Counted from the stretch's first letter, positions 37,258 to 47,626 are shown. The stretch is 64,000 nt of DNA from Candidatus Ozemobacteraceae bacterium (GCA_965140445.1 OZ223236.1:1632001-1696000), one strand, 5' to 3'. The notes: generated by a model from the sequence alone, not told the origin. Translations and numbers: made by a program.

Positions 37258-37801
37258 TAATAAACAGAAGCAGCTTGAAGACCTTAAGCTGATTGAAAAA
37301 ATCAGGGCTGGCGATAGTGCTAGTCTTGAAAAGCTTCTTGACCGCTATATACCTCAGCTGATGGGCTTTTTCCGATATTTGCGTGTTTCTGATTCAATTA
37401 TTGAAGATATGATTCAGGAAACTTTTGAGAAGGTGATCAGAAAAATTGATACCTTTGATTCATCAAAATCATTTTCTTCATGGATCATGACAATAGGGCG
37501 AAACCATTATTTTGATGAATGCAGGCGTGAAAATAGAAAACGAGAAAAACAGGTAGAAATGCAACTTCCGTCTCAACAAACTCCAGAGGAAGAAATTATT
37601 GTTCGCGAAACTGCTACTGAGCTTTTAAAGCTATTGTCAGACCAGGAAAAATTCCTTGTCGAAATGAGAGTTTTTCAAGGTGCTCCATTTTCAGAAATAG
37701 CAGAAATAACCGGTGAAGCGGAAGGTACTCTTCGCTCCAGGTTTTTTAGAACAATGGGGAGATTAAAAATTTCAGGAGAGAGAGCCAAAGCAGCTGAATA
37801 A
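37244..37801 (+). CDS. ECF RNA polymerase sigma factor
   Basis: EDMIQETF, FSSWIMTIGRNHYFD, FSEIAEITGEAEGTLRSRFFR. Confidence 0.92.
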   Translation: MERSSNKQKQLEDLKLIEKIRAGDSASLEKLLDRYIPQLMGFFRYLRVSDSIIEDMIQETFEKVIRKIDTFDSSKSFSSWIMTIGRNHYFDECRRENRKREKQVEMQLPSQQTPEEEIIVRETATELLKLLSDQEKFLVEMRVFQGAPFSEIAEITGEAEGTLRSRFFRTMGRLKISGERAKAAE

Positions 37802-37803
37802 TT

Positions 37804-38643
37804 TTATTCAGTGGCTATAGGAGGAACTCTTTCTTTTAAGTTGATTATTGCTGTTGGGTTGCCACTAATCGTAGTTTTTTGTCCAGCTGTCAGAATTTGT
37901 GTTTTACCACAGTCTGGTTGAACCTGAACTTTTCCTCGGGAAACAGATATTTCTGACTTTTCAGAGGTTACGTTGCAATTAAAAACAGTGCCTAGAACAG
38001 TAATCTGGCCATGAGGAGTGGTGCCAATGAATTTTTTGGGGCCAGGAACTACAGAAACTTCTATTTTTCCGTTGAGTATATGAAAACCTCTCTCCGAAAT
38101 GCTTAGACGAGCCGGTCCAACTGCTTTGATTTTTGATCCATCTGGGATGGTTATCAACGCTGTATCATTTTTAAATAATGAAACTGGGTTGTCTAAAGAA
38201 ATTGTTTTCTCTTTTTCTTCATTTACGGTAATAAGAAAGCTTTTATTTGATAAGCTTGCAAAACGATTCGATGGATTTACCACCAAATCTCTTTTCTTTG
38301 GAATATCAGGGCTGTTAGAAAGCATTAAAATAAGGAATGCTCCTGTTAGAGCTGCTCCAAAAAACCATGAAAGCCAACTGGTGGAAAGTGATCTGGGATT
38401 GGCTTTTGCTGCCTCCCTTTTTGCTTCCATTATTGGTGAAAGCTTGTTTAAGATTCTGCCTTTTAGAGCACTGTAATCTTGTGAAGGAATGGCTCCAACT
38501 GCTCTAATTTCAGAAATAACTCCAATCTGTGACTTACAAAAGTCACAGGAACAGACATGCTGTTTTTGCTCTGGAGTTGCGCTCTCGCTTAAAAGAGAGT
38601 CCAGTGCTTCAATGCATATTCTGTTATGTTTTGTTGAAGTCAT
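37804..38643 (-). CDS. FecR-domain anti-sigma factor with an N-terminal zinc-finger-like motif
   Basis: C..HVCSCDFC (ZAS-like HxxxCxxC), single TM, TPHGQITVLGTVF..VSRGKVQV..LTAGQ; start moved to ATG 38643, downstream of the hairpin. Confidence 0.8.
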   Translation of the reverse strand: MTSTKHNRICIEALDSLLSESATPEQKQHVCSCDFCKSQIGVISEIRAVGAIPSQDYSALKGRILNKLSPIMEAKREAAKANPRSLSTSWLSWFFGAALTGAFLILMLSNSPDIPKKRDLVVNPSNRFASLSNKSFLITVNEEKEKTISLDNPVSLFKNDTALITIPDGSKIKAVGPARLSISERGFHILNGKIEVSVVPGPKKFIGTTPHGQITVLGTVFNCNVTSEKSEISVSRGKVQVQPDCGKTQILTAGQKTTISGNPTAIINLKERVPPIATE

Positions 38644-38672
38644 TTGTTTTTTCCTGGTTGAGGTTGGGTAGG

Positions 38673-38702
38673 GCATGCTGGTAGATTTTTCTACCAGCAT
38701 GC
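38673..38702 (-). terminator. Terminator hairpin after the lipoprotein gene
   Basis: gcatgctggtaga-tttt-tctaccagcatgc. Confidence 0.7.
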
Positions 38703-38710
38703 GCTTTTAT

Positions 38711-40405
38711 TTATCTAAGGTTCAGAGCGTCCTGAATTTGCTTCGCTTCAGCAAGTGCTTTTTCTCTTGCTGCTTCAAGTTTTTCTTTGATCGCTTTTGC
38801 CTGTTCAGCTTTTTCTTTAATCATTTTGTCGTATTTTTCTTTAATTGCTTTGTATTTTTCAGTGGCTTCAGTTTTAGCCGCTTTGTATTTATCTACAGCA
38901 CCTTTTAGTGCTTCAGTTTTTTCAGCAATTTTCTTTTCCCATTTTTCAGCCTGAGCTTTGTAATTTTTATCGATTGCTGCTTTCAGTTTTTCAAGTTTTG
39001 ATTTCTGAGCTTCAAGAGAAACCTTTGAATAATCAACCTTTGCTGCAGAATAAGCATCTTCTAGTTTTGAAACTGCTTGTTCGGATCTGAGTTCCTCTTC
39101 GGCTATGCTTACAAGGATTTCTTTTTTGCGGTCAGCTGAGATAAACTTAGAGAGGAGCTTGTTGTCGAGTATCTTTTTGAGTTTGCTGATTTTAGCGCTT
39201 GAGCTATCTTTTTCTTTTTGGATAGCGGTTCTAATATCATTAAGTTTAGCTGCTACATCCTGAGTTTGATTTGAGAAAGCCTTTTCAACAACTTTAAGGT
39301 GGTTAGCCCAGGCTTCTTTGATTTTAGCAAGCTGTTCTTTTGATTCAACCAAAGCTTCCTGTCTTTCTTTAAACTTGTTATTAAAGTCAGCGAGATATTC
39401 TTTGAGAGCTTCTTTTTCTTTTTCTTTGGCTGCGGTAAGTTCTTTAACCATGTCATTGTAATATTCTTCGCGCTCAGCCATGGCCTGTTTGTAATTATCT
39501 CCGATTTCAGCAACTCTATCCTGAACTTTATCGGCTGCACTTGTAACGCCATCTTGAACACTGCTAACTGCAGCTTTTACGCCATCTACTGTTGCTGCTG
39601 CTTTGTCTCTATAATCTTTAAGACCGTCAAGAATTGAACCGTATTGTTCCTTGGCTTTTTCAAAGGCTGCTTTTGCACCATCTACTGCAGGATCTTTTAC
39701 AACTTTATCAAGCTGATCCTTAACGCTTTTGATTTTATCAAGAAAGCCAGCTTTCTGATCTGCAGGCATCTGGATGTCAGCAATTTTTTTGGCAACTTCA
39801 GAGGCGTTGTCAGAAAGATCTTTTACTGTGTCAGTAACTTTTTTGGCGTTATCTGCAAAATTGTCTTTTACGTCATCAAGAAGTCCTGTTACTTTATCTG
39901 CACCTTTTTCAAATGCTTCACGGCCCTTGTCAACGATTTCGCCGAATTCACTTGCTGGATCAGAAATTCTTTCTACTACTTTCTGCCCTTTATCGATTAC
40001 ATTGCCCATTGCGTCAGTGGTTCTGTTGGCAAAACTGGAAATTTTATCTCCAACTTTTCCGCCCACTTTATCACCGAATTCTTTAACTTTATCAAGGCCA
40101 TCAGTGACTTTGTCTTTGATTTCCTTAACTTTTTCTATGCCGTCTTTAACTTTTCCGACAATTTCTTTTCCCTTTTCAAGAACTGGTCCAAGAAAATCTT
40201 TTGCTTTATCTATGCCAGTTTTTACAAGATCAGCACCTTTACCGATCCACTCACCAATTTTGGGTCCAAGTTTTCCAGCAACGCTGGAAATGCTTTCAAA
40301 TATTCCACCAAGATCAAAACTACCTGCGCTACATCCTGTAAAGGAAACTGATACGATTAACATTAGAGCCAGAAAAAACGAACCTCTAGTCAAAGCTGAT
40401 AACAT
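38711..40405 (-). CDS. Lipoprotein with apolipoprotein/LEA-like amphipathic repeats and a coiled coil
   Basis: Lipobox FTGC; K/D/A-rich quasi-repeats (KVKDGIEKVKE, KVTDGLDKVKE). Confidence 0.75.
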   Translation of the reverse strand: MLSALTRGSFFLALMLIVSVSFTGCSAGSFDLGGIFESISSVAGKLGPKIGEWIGKGADLVKTGIDKAKDFLGPVLEKGKEIVGKVKDGIEKVKEIKDKVTDGLDKVKEFGDKVGGKVGDKISSFANRTTDAMGNVIDKGQKVVERISDPASEFGEIVDKGREAFEKGADKVTGLLDDVKDNFADNAKKVTDTVKDLSDNASEVAKKIADIQMPADQKAGFLDKIKSVKDQLDKVVKDPAVDGAKAAFEKAKEQYGSILDGLKDYRDKAAATVDGVKAAVSSVQDGVTSAADKVQDRVAEIGDNYKQAMAEREEYYNDMVKELTAAKEKEKEALKEYLADFNNKFKERQEALVESKEQLAKIKEAWANHLKVVEKAFSNQTQDVAAKLNDIRTAIQKEKDSSSAKISKLKKILDNKLLSKFISADRKKEILVSIAEEELRSEQAVSKLEDAYSAAKVDYSKVSLEAQKSKLEKLKAAIDKNYKAQAEKWEKKIAEKTEALKGAVDKYKAAKTEATEKYKAIKEKYDKMIKEKAEQAKAIKEKLEAAREKALAEAKQIQDALNLR

Positions 40406-40497
40406 AGTGCCCTCCGTAAATAAATTTTACTTTCAGAAAACTTACGAAAAATGTTTTGGTTTCGTTGCAAAGTTTTTTATTTTTTTATTATTTATTT

Positions 40498-41289
40498 TTA
40501 ATCTGGGAGGTTTACAGGAAATGTATGCCAGCTGGGATTCGTCTGCGGGAAGTTCCAGAGGGCATGAAAATACTCTGGATAAACAATGTCAAAGAAATCG
40601 GCCAGGACTATATGACTTTGCTGACTGGCTTTCTTTTTTCCAATATCCGCTTCGGCAATTTTTTTAAAGTTTCTGCTATCTAGGGAGTCGATTAATTGCA
40701 AGGTAATAAAGAAGTAATCCTGATTTTTTGCGTGACCAGGGGTGATAGGTACCCTTCTTATTCTGAAAAAATTAACTCTATCGCTTAAAACCTTTTCTCG
40801 TACATTTGAATTAAATTCCTCAACCCTGATTAACTTTAGAAATGGTTTATCGGGATTGGTACTATCTTCAAGCTTATAAGTAATTTTTGAAATATTTCTT
40901 GGACTATAACCCTTTGTAGAGTTCCGGTTGTGAATTATATCGTCTCCCCCCCCGTCATATAAGGGGTGATGCATTGGGTAGGAATAAAAAACATACTTAG
41001 TATTTGGAGGAGTTCCTTCTTCTTTTAGTATGTCAGAAAAACTTGGAAAAATTGTTACCCCAGGTTTCCAGTGGTGCGAAAGTGGTATTATTGCCAGCTT
41101 TAAGTCACTTCTAACCTGTTTGATTATTCTACGTGCTTCAAGGGTGGTATCTATTTTCATCATCCCAACCAAAGATGTTTTGGTTCCGGATCGAAGAATA
41201 AAGAAAATTGGTGTTAACAGAAGGGCAAGACATCCAGCCACCACCATAACTTCGACTAGAGTGAAGCCTTTATTAAATCTCTTTTTCAT
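40498..41289 (-). CDS. Prepilin-type N-terminal cleavage/methylation protein (PilW/GspJ-like)
   Basis: NKG|FTLVEVMVV. Confidence 0.8.
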   Translation of the reverse strand: MKKRFNKGFTLVEVMVVAGCLALLLTPIFFILRSGTKTSLVGMMKIDTTLEARRIIKQVRSDLKLAIIPLSHHWKPGVTIFPSFSDILKEEGTPPNTKYVFYSYPMHHPLYDGGGDDIIHNRNSTKGYSPRNISKITYKLEDSTNPDKPFLKLIRVEEFNSNVREKVLSDRVNFFRIRRVPITPGHAKNQDYFFITLQLIDSLDSRNFKKIAEADIGKKKASQQSHIVLADFFDIVYPEYFHALWNFPQTNPSWHTFPVNLPD

Positions 41290-41774
41290 TTTGGTGGCTC
41301 CACGACAATGGATTCAAGTGAAATCTCCTGCTTGGACAGCCAGGCTTGAGCTTTACTTTTTCCGCCAAGATTTGCTGTAGAGACGGTAACTTTTATCTTT
41401 ATTGCGTTTATTGGCTTAGATCCAGAATCGATTGTTAAAGGCTCAAGTGATATTTCTCGATCGAAAAAAGCCGCCTCTGCAGGATATTCTATATCCAGGC
41501 CCGGCAGGCCGATAAAGTCTTTTAAAGAGACCTTATCAATTGGATAAAACTTCAGACCAGAATGGCCTTCCTGGAGGTAGCGCAGGTAGTCAAAACCAAA
41601 ATTTCTGTATACTTCAATTGGCTCTCGGGCAAGTGAAAAAGCCAGGAACTCATAATATGCGTCCATTGAACCACGGTTTGAGGCTTGGTTCATCCAAAAC
41701 ATGGAAAGAATTGCAAATGACAAAAAAGCCATTGCAACAATGATTTCCAGCATAGAAAAACCTTTTTTTCTCAT
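41286..41774 (-). CDS. Prepilin-type protein (PilV/GspI-like)
   Basis: KKG|FSMLEIIVAM. Confidence 0.8.
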   Translation of the reverse strand: MRKKGFSMLEIIVAMAFLSFAILSMFWMNQASNRGSMDAYYEFLAFSLAREPIEVYRNFGFDYLRYLQEGHSGLKFYPIDKVSLKDFIGLPGLDIEYPAEAAFFDREISLEPLTIDSGSKPINAIKIKVTVSTANLGGKSKAQAWLSKQEISLESIVVEPPK

Positions 41775-43960
41775 TTGTCTTCTTCTATTACCCTTTCAAA
41801 ACTTATCCATCTTGAAATATTTACATCATAAATATCTTTGTCACAGCATAACGCTGGATCATAAAAAACCTTGTGTTCAGTATTCTTTTTCCAGCGGTCA
41901 ATATCCAGAACATCTACCGCCAGAGCGCCTTTTAAATTCAAAGTATTGTTTTGGGGAATAACCCGGCATTTGTGACCATAACCAACTGCAACTAGTGAAG
42001 CTTCAATTGGGGCATCTGTTTTAACCCAAATTGTTTGTGGAGAAACCACGCCTTCTATATCTGCTCCACGAACAGCAAGGATACAAAGATCCTCTGGAGT
42101 GGCTTTCTTTATTTCACTTTCAATGGAAATTTCATCTGCAATTAAAATTCCTTTGCCGTGGATTTCTAAAGGAGCGCCGTCCTTTCCCTTAAGGGTCACT
42201 TTTCCAGAGACTCTGACTATTCCATGGAGATATAATTTTCCATTTCTTAAAATTCCAAACTCTCCAAGTTTTGAAGCAGGAAAGTCTTTTCTATACCATA
42301 GACTGGCATGACTGAATGGCCTGAATTCATTTACAGACAAATCGCTTCCATCAAGAGACATGGTATCTGTAAACTTATAAAACTCCGGATTGGAAAAAGT
42401 GTCTGTATCTTCGCCTTCTTTATAATCGTAATCCGAGTTCATGACTGATTTAATTTCTTTGTAATTGAAGTTATCTCTTACGTAGGCAAGGTTAAGCTCT
42501 CCGCCTACCAAAGAATCAATATATGGATAGACCGGTATTCTTCTTGCGTTATACTTGGCTATGAGGTCCGGGTTGTTAAGTGGGGTAGGGCCTTCAGCTG
42601 CGTCAACCCACTTCCAGCCAAATGTTTTTTTCTTTTTCTTTTTGTAGAAAATCGTTAATTCTGCTTCAGTCATATCTAAAACAAAATATCCAAAATGGAA
42701 GAAGCGCTTGCGAATTTTTCCTCGAAGAATGTTGCTCATCTGATCCATTGGAAGAATTTTCAGTCCTGGTTTAAATGGCAGGTTGGGATCTTTTGGTGAA
42801 AAACAAATCTTGTCTCCTTGCCATGCGCCTTTTCTGGCGGCTTTTAAGTCCTTTTTTTGCTCGTCGGTCAAGGTTGTGATTGCGTCAATTGCAGTGTCTG
42901 TAACCGGGTGCTTCTCAAAATAGAAATTTCCTTTGAGTTTGCCAATTTGACATGATTTATATTTGGCATCCCCTGTGTGCCCCTGTTTAGCGACTTCTTC
43001 ATCAAATGCTTCTTTTGAGGCCTGGTTGAAAAGAGGGTAAAGACCTGGTAAAAGCGATAAACATTGCGGATTATCAAGTGGAGAAGGGGGAGTTATTTTA
43101 TCTTTTTTTAGTGGGGTGGGGATCAGAGATGCGGTGTCTTCAGTGACATCAATGAATACTGGCTTTCCTGACATTCCACTGGTTCCGCCCAGAAAAACCT
43201 TTCCATACATTTGCGGGGCAGCCGGATTGAGACCGGTTTGATCAATGGTAAGCTTTGTGTTTTGAGGGTTTAAATTGCTGCCATTGTAGTTTACGAATTC
43301 TTCATAGCCTCTGCTGATAAAGAGGGCATAATCTAAGATTCTATTGTGAACATAAGCAGCGTGACGATTTGACTTATTACTGACAATTGAAACTACTTTG
43401 TAATCGTGGTGTCTGGTGATAGTACAGGCACCCCTAATGGTTTTTTTGTATTTTTCTTTTGGGCCAACCCTAACTCTGATTTCAAGGGTTCCTACACCTT
43501 CGTTTCTATAATATTTTCTTCCATTTGGGTCCTGGTTACGAAAATCAATAATTCTTGCAGTGACGGAAATATCAAACCTGTTACCAATGGTCATAGATGT
43601 AGCAACATTTTCAGTCAGGGGAACTGGAATTACCACCCCCTTGGAATTTTTATCTTTAAGATTTCCAGTAGTGCAATCCAGAGCTGATGGAGAGGAATGA
43701 TTGTTCGCAATTTGCAGGTGAAGAGTGCTGGTGGTTTTCCCAGCTTCATTGCTGATGTAAGCAAAAGCTTCTTCTATAGCAGACTCAGCCAGCTGTCTCG
43801 CAACCTCTGCCGCCTGAAATTTAAATGCGTTCGATTGAGCTTCTCGCGACATTTTATGAAACTGTATCGCAAGCATGCTGATTATAAGCATCACAAAGAT
43901 GGCGGAAAACATTGCTACGCCTCTTTTGTTATAACTTACTGATATGATTTGATTTTTCAT
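41771..43960 (-). CDS. Large PilX/GspK-like minor pilin
   Basis: KRG|VAMFSAIFVMLII without E5, A..LAESAIEEA helix; ATGA overlaps join the triplet. Confidence 0.7.
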   Translation of the reverse strand: MKNQIISVSYNKRGVAMFSAIFVMLIISMLAIQFHKMSREAQSNAFKFQAAEVARQLAESAIEEAFAYISNEAGKTTSTLHLQIANNHSSPSALDCTTGNLKDKNSKGVVIPVPLTENVATSMTIGNRFDISVTARIIDFRNQDPNGRKYYRNEGVGTLEIRVRVGPKEKYKKTIRGACTITRHHDYKVVSIVSNKSNRHAAYVHNRILDYALFISRGYEEFVNYNGSNLNPQNTKLTIDQTGLNPAAPQMYGKVFLGGTSGMSGKPVFIDVTEDTASLIPTPLKKDKITPPSPLDNPQCLSLLPGLYPLFNQASKEAFDEEVAKQGHTGDAKYKSCQIGKLKGNFYFEKHPVTDTAIDAITTLTDEQKKDLKAARKGAWQGDKICFSPKDPNLPFKPGLKILPMDQMSNILRGKIRKRFFHFGYFVLDMTEAELTIFYKKKKKKTFGWKWVDAAEGPTPLNNPDLIAKYNARRIPVYPYIDSLVGGELNLAYVRDNFNYKEIKSVMNSDYDYKEGEDTDTFSNPEFYKFTDTMSLDGSDLSVNEFRPFSHASLWYRKDFPASKLGEFGILRNGKLYLHGIVRVSGKVTLKGKDGAPLEIHGKGILIADEISIESEIKKATPEDLCILAVRGADIEGVVSPQTIWVKTDAPIEASLVAVGYGHKCRVIPQNNTLNLKGALAVDVLDIDRWKKNTEHKVFYDPALCCDKDIYDVNISRWISFERVIEEDK

Positions 43961-44115
43961 TAATTTTTCCTGTTAGACCAAGTTTACTATTTAAGAGAGA
44001 GTCATTCAAGTTATAGAGTTGTAAAAAATGCTTGCGTCTATGTGGAAATTGCTATTTTTGTAATTATCATGATATTTTGTTCAAAAGAATTTGATAGAGA
44101 TCAAGGGAGATATAC

Positions 44116-45051
44116 ATGGCAGAAAATAAAAAATTCAGACTTGTTACCAGAAGCGACTTTGACGGACTGGTATGCGCTGTTTTATTTAAAGAAATGGACA
44201 TGATAGATGATATTAAGTTTGTTCATCCAAAAGATATGCAGGATGGAAAAATTGAAATTACTGATCGAGATATAACCACTAATCTTCCATATGTAGAAGC
44301 TGCTCATCTTGTTTTCGATCACCATTTAAGTGAAACTATCAGGAATAAAGGGAAGAAAGATAATCATATTATTGATTCCAATGCCATGTCGGCAGCTAGA
44401 GTTGTATATGATTATTACGGTGGCAAGGAAAAGTTTCCAAAAATTTCTGAAGATATGATGACTGCAGTTGATAAAGCTGATGCTGCGCAGTTTTCAAAAG
44501 AAGAAATTCTTCATCCTGAAAAATGGGTTTTGCTAAATTATCTCATGGACCCAAGAACTGGTTTGGGGAGATTCAGAAGCTTCAGGATTTCAAACTATCA
44601 GTTAATGATGGAGCTTATTGATTGCTGTAAAGATTTAACAATCGAAGAAATCATGGAACTTCCAGATGTTAAAGATAGGGTTGAACTTTATTTTGAGCAG
44701 GAAGAGAAATTTAAAAAACAACTTAGAGCCTGCTCCAAGATTTATAAGAATTTAATTGTTTTAGACCTTAGAAATGAAGAGATTATTCACGCAGGAAACC
44801 GATTTGTAATTTATGCATTGTATCCTGAATGTAATATTTCTATTCATGTGCTTTGGGGTTTCCAAAAGCAAAATACGGTTTTTGCAACCGGCAAGTCTAT
44901 TGTTAACAGAAGCTCAAAAACAAACGTTGGTGATTTAATGCTTAAATATGGTGGGGGCGGCCATCAAGCTGCTGGCACATGTCAAATTGAGCATGATAAA
45001 GCTGAACAGGTTCTAAAAGAGCTAATTGAAAAAATAAATGCAGATGGATAA
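44116..45051 (+). CDS. DHH-family phosphoesterase (nanoRNase/exopolyphosphatase-like)
   Basis: RSDFDG, FDHH, GGGGH..AAG. Confidence 0.88.
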   Translation: MAENKKFRLVTRSDFDGLVCAVLFKEMDMIDDIKFVHPKDMQDGKIEITDRDITTNLPYVEAAHLVFDHHLSETIRNKGKKDNHIIDSNAMSAARVVYDYYGGKEKFPKISEDMMTAVDKADAAQFSKEEILHPEKWVLLNYLMDPRTGLGRFRSFRISNYQLMMELIDCCKDLTIEEIMELPDVKDRVELYFEQEEKFKKQLRACSKIYKNLIVLDLRNEEIIHAGNRFVIYALYPECNISIHVLWGFQKQNTVFATGKSIVNRSSKTNVGDLMLKYGGGGHQAAGTCQIEHDKAEQVLKELIEKINADG

Positions 45052-45062
45052 AGATGTATGTT

Positions 45063-45101
45063 AAATGAGAGGGGCCGTGTTTTACACGGCCCCTCTCATT
45101 T
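45063..45101 (+). terminator. Perfect 18-bp hairpin, terminator after the DHH gene
   Basis: aaatgagaggggccgtgt-ttt-acacggcccctctcattt. Confidence 0.85.
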
Positions 45102-45115
45102 TTAAGGAGAACTCT

Positions 45116-46354
45116 TTGCTTGAGAAACTGAAAAAAATGTTTGCCGCATTTACTTTGAGGGAATACAGATATTTCTTCTTTGTAAACGGTGCATCCATGG
45201 TTGGAACATGGATGCAAAGACTTGCAATGAGTTGGTTAGTGTATCGACTTACCGACTCTGCCACATGGCTTGGCGCGGTAAATTTTGCAGGTTGGTTTAC
45301 AGCATTCCTGGTGATGCCTTGGGCTGGAGTATTGCTGGATACTTTTTCAAGAAGGAAAATTCTCGCTTTTGCTCAATTTATTGGTTTCGCTCAAGCTCTG
45401 GTTTTGGCATATCTGACTCTATCAGGTAATATTGACATTTATCAGATCCTCATTCTTAGCGTCGGACTTGGATTTGTAAATGGTTTTGACATGCCAGGAA
45501 GGCATGCGTTTGTTTCTGATCTTGTAAAAGACAAAAGATTTCTAGCTAATGCAATTGCGCTGAATTCCACAATGTTTAATCTTGCAAGGCTTATCGGTCC
45601 TGCGTTAGCTGGGATAATTGTGGCCAAAGTAGGAGAGGGGTATTGCTTTCTTATAAACGGGATTTCGTTTTTACCCGCAGCGATTTTCCTTTTAATGATG
45701 GAGCTTACAGAAGAAAAAAATGATCATGGCAATAAATCTTTTATTAAAGGGATTGCAGAAGGACTTAGTTATGCTCGCAATCATGAAGCTATTTTCCCTG
45801 TTTTACTGATGTTATCAGTAGCGTCGTTTATGGGAATGTCGTTAGTTACGCTTTTGCCCGTAATTGCAAAAGAAGTGCTGCTGGGTGATTCGCAAACTTT
45901 GGGCTTTTTAACAGGTGCTATGGGTGTTGGGGCGGTAATAGGAGCACTTTGGCTTGCTTCCAGGTCTTCAGCAATTGGCATGGAAAAAATAATAAATTTT
46001 GCGTTTGGAAGCTATGGTTTTTTTGCCATTTGTCTTTCCTGGTCAAGTAATCTGCCATTATCTTTGCTTTTTATGTCTTTAATGGGATTTTGTGTTGTAA
46101 ATGGCTGGTCATCTAGTAACACTGTTTTACAAACAGTTTCAGATAAAGCTCGACGAAGCCGTGTTATGAGCATATATCTTATGTGCTTCTCTGGTATGTC
46201 TCCGATAGGAAGTCTTGTGATGGGGTGGTTGACCTCAAAAATTGGAGTATCTTATGCCGTAAGTATTGGCGGAAGTTGTTTGCTGGTGGCATCCATGTTT
46301 TTTTCTTTAAAGCTTGAAAAAATGAATAAGGCATTAGTGCGAGCTTGTAGTTGA
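45116..46354 (+). CDS. MFS transporter
   Basis: SMVGTWMQRLA..WLVYRLT, FDMPGRHAF, NAIALNS..FNLARLIGPA; start set at TTG 45116 after RBS AAGGAG. Confidence 0.9.
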   Translation: MLEKLKKMFAAFTLREYRYFFFVNGASMVGTWMQRLAMSWLVYRLTDSATWLGAVNFAGWFTAFLVMPWAGVLLDTFSRRKILAFAQFIGFAQALVLAYLTLSGNIDIYQILILSVGLGFVNGFDMPGRHAFVSDLVKDKRFLANAIALNSTMFNLARLIGPALAGIIVAKVGEGYCFLINGISFLPAAIFLLMMELTEEKNDHGNKSFIKGIAEGLSYARNHEAIFPVLLMLSVASFMGMSLVTLLPVIAKEVLLGDSQTLGFLTGAMGVGAVIGALWLASRSSAIGMEKIINFAFGSYGFFAICLSWSSNLPLSLLFMSLMGFCVVNGWSSSNTVLQTVSDKARRSRVMSIYLMCFSGMSPIGSLVMGWLTSKIGVSYAVSIGGSCLLVASMFFSLKLEKMNKALVRACS

Positions 46355-46394
46355 TCTGTCACAATAAGCAGGTTGTGCTGGTTTCCCCGGTTGT

Positions 46395-47156
46395 TTAAAA
46401 TCCATTCCTTCTCAGGCGGTCAATTACTATATCCCAGGCATTGAACCAATCGTCAGGGCGCATCATATGTTCCGATTCTGGATATTCATGGTATTCGATT
46501 TTGTCTGGGACACTCTCGTAAGCAGGTTTTAGTTTTTCAAAAAATATTTTTGCTTCACCTGCTGGAACAGTAGTATCTAGACCTGCATTTACCATGAGAA
46601 GAGGGGTGGGGTATACTTCTGTCTGGAAATCTATTGGGCCTGAACGCTCAAGTATAGAAAATGAGTCCCCAGTTTTTTTTGCCGGGTCTCTCCAGTTCGG
46701 AGATGCCAGAAATGGTGCGACAAAGTCAGGTTTATTAGGATTTCTAAGAGTGCCAAAAGCCACAAATCCACCCATTGAAATTCCGATAACCGCAACTTTT
46801 TTCTTAAGTTTTTCTCTATAAAATTTGACTATTAAATCCAATTCTAAGACTTGTTGTTGGATTATAAGCAACAAAAGCTGGTGTTTTTTGCGGGGAGAAG
46901 AATCTTGCAAATATTCTAAAAAACCGTCTTTTCTTTCTCCGTGGTGTGGAGCATCCATGGCAATCGTATGAAAACCATTTTTGGCCAGGCTTTCTATGTC
47001 AGGAATCTGAGTCTCTTTACACACATTTAAACCATGTAAAACAAAAACAACAGAATCCCTGGCAATTTCAGGAGAGGCGGTAATAGCTGGAATTGCTGTA
47101 GAATCATTTGGTGTGATGGTGAGCTTTTGAATCATTCTACTTTTATTGGCTCCCAT
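46395..47156 (-). CDS. Alpha/beta hydrolase (esterase)
   Basis: LHG, DAPHHGER, GISMGG nucleophile elbow, D..V and H catalytic residues. Confidence 0.85.
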   Translation of the reverse strand: MGANKSRMIQKLTITPNDSTAIPAITASPEIARDSVVFVLHGLNVCKETQIPDIESLAKNGFHTIAMDAPHHGERKDGFLEYLQDSSPRKKHQLLLLIIQQQVLELDLIVKFYREKLKKKVAVIGISMGGFVAFGTLRNPNKPDFVAPFLASPNWRDPAKKTGDSFSILERSGPIDFQTEVYPTPLLMVNAGLDTTVPAGEAKIFFEKLKPAYESVPDKIEYHEYPESEHMMRPDDWFNAWDIVIDRLRRNGF

Positions 47157-47626
47157 TTTTTCAAGACTTCCTGAACTTTTTTAATAGCTTTGGTGGAAAG
47201 CTTTCTTTCGAGTTCCTGTCTGAGTCTTTTAGAGTCCTTATCACCTTGCTTTTCTGCAATGGAATACCAAAAATAAGCTTTAGCAAAGTTTTTTTCTACA
47301 CCTTCACCATTCTCATACATTGTACCAAGACTGAATTGGGCGTTAACATTATTTCGCTGGGCGGCTTTTTCATAGAGCTCGGCAGCTTTTTTATGATCTT
47401 TTGGGACGTGTAATCCGCAATAATACATAAATCCCAAACTAACAAGCGCTCCTGGATCGCCTTTTTCAGCAGCAGGTTGAAAGATTTCAACAGCCTTTTT
47501 ATAATCTCCATCTTTATAGGCTTTACTTGCGTCTTCAAGGGTAGGAGCTTTATTGCAACATCCTGGTATGAATAGCATAGCCAGGAGTGCAGAAATTAAT
47601 AATTTAAGTATATTTTTTTTGTTCAT
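47132..47626 (-). CDS. Sel1-repeat lipoprotein
   Basis: Lipobox-like IPGC; AQFSLGTMYENGEGVEKNFAKAYFWY. Confidence 0.88.
   Translation of the reverse strand: MNKKNILKLLISALLAMLFIPGCCNKAPTLEDASKAYKDGDYKKAVEIFQPAAEKGDPGALVSLGFMYYCGLHVPKDHKKAAELYEKAAQRNNVNAQFSLGTMYENGEGVEKNFAKAYFWYSIAEKQGDKDSKRLRQELERKLSTKAIKKVQEVLKKWEPIKVE

Noticed and set aside
39644..40667. Long plus-strand ORFs (235 and 297 aa)
   Set aside because: They are antisense shadows of the repetitive, codon-biased lipoprotein gene
45065..45115. ORF-track start of the MFS gene at 45065
   Set aside because: It lies inside the terminator hairpin; TTG 45116 has a proper RBS
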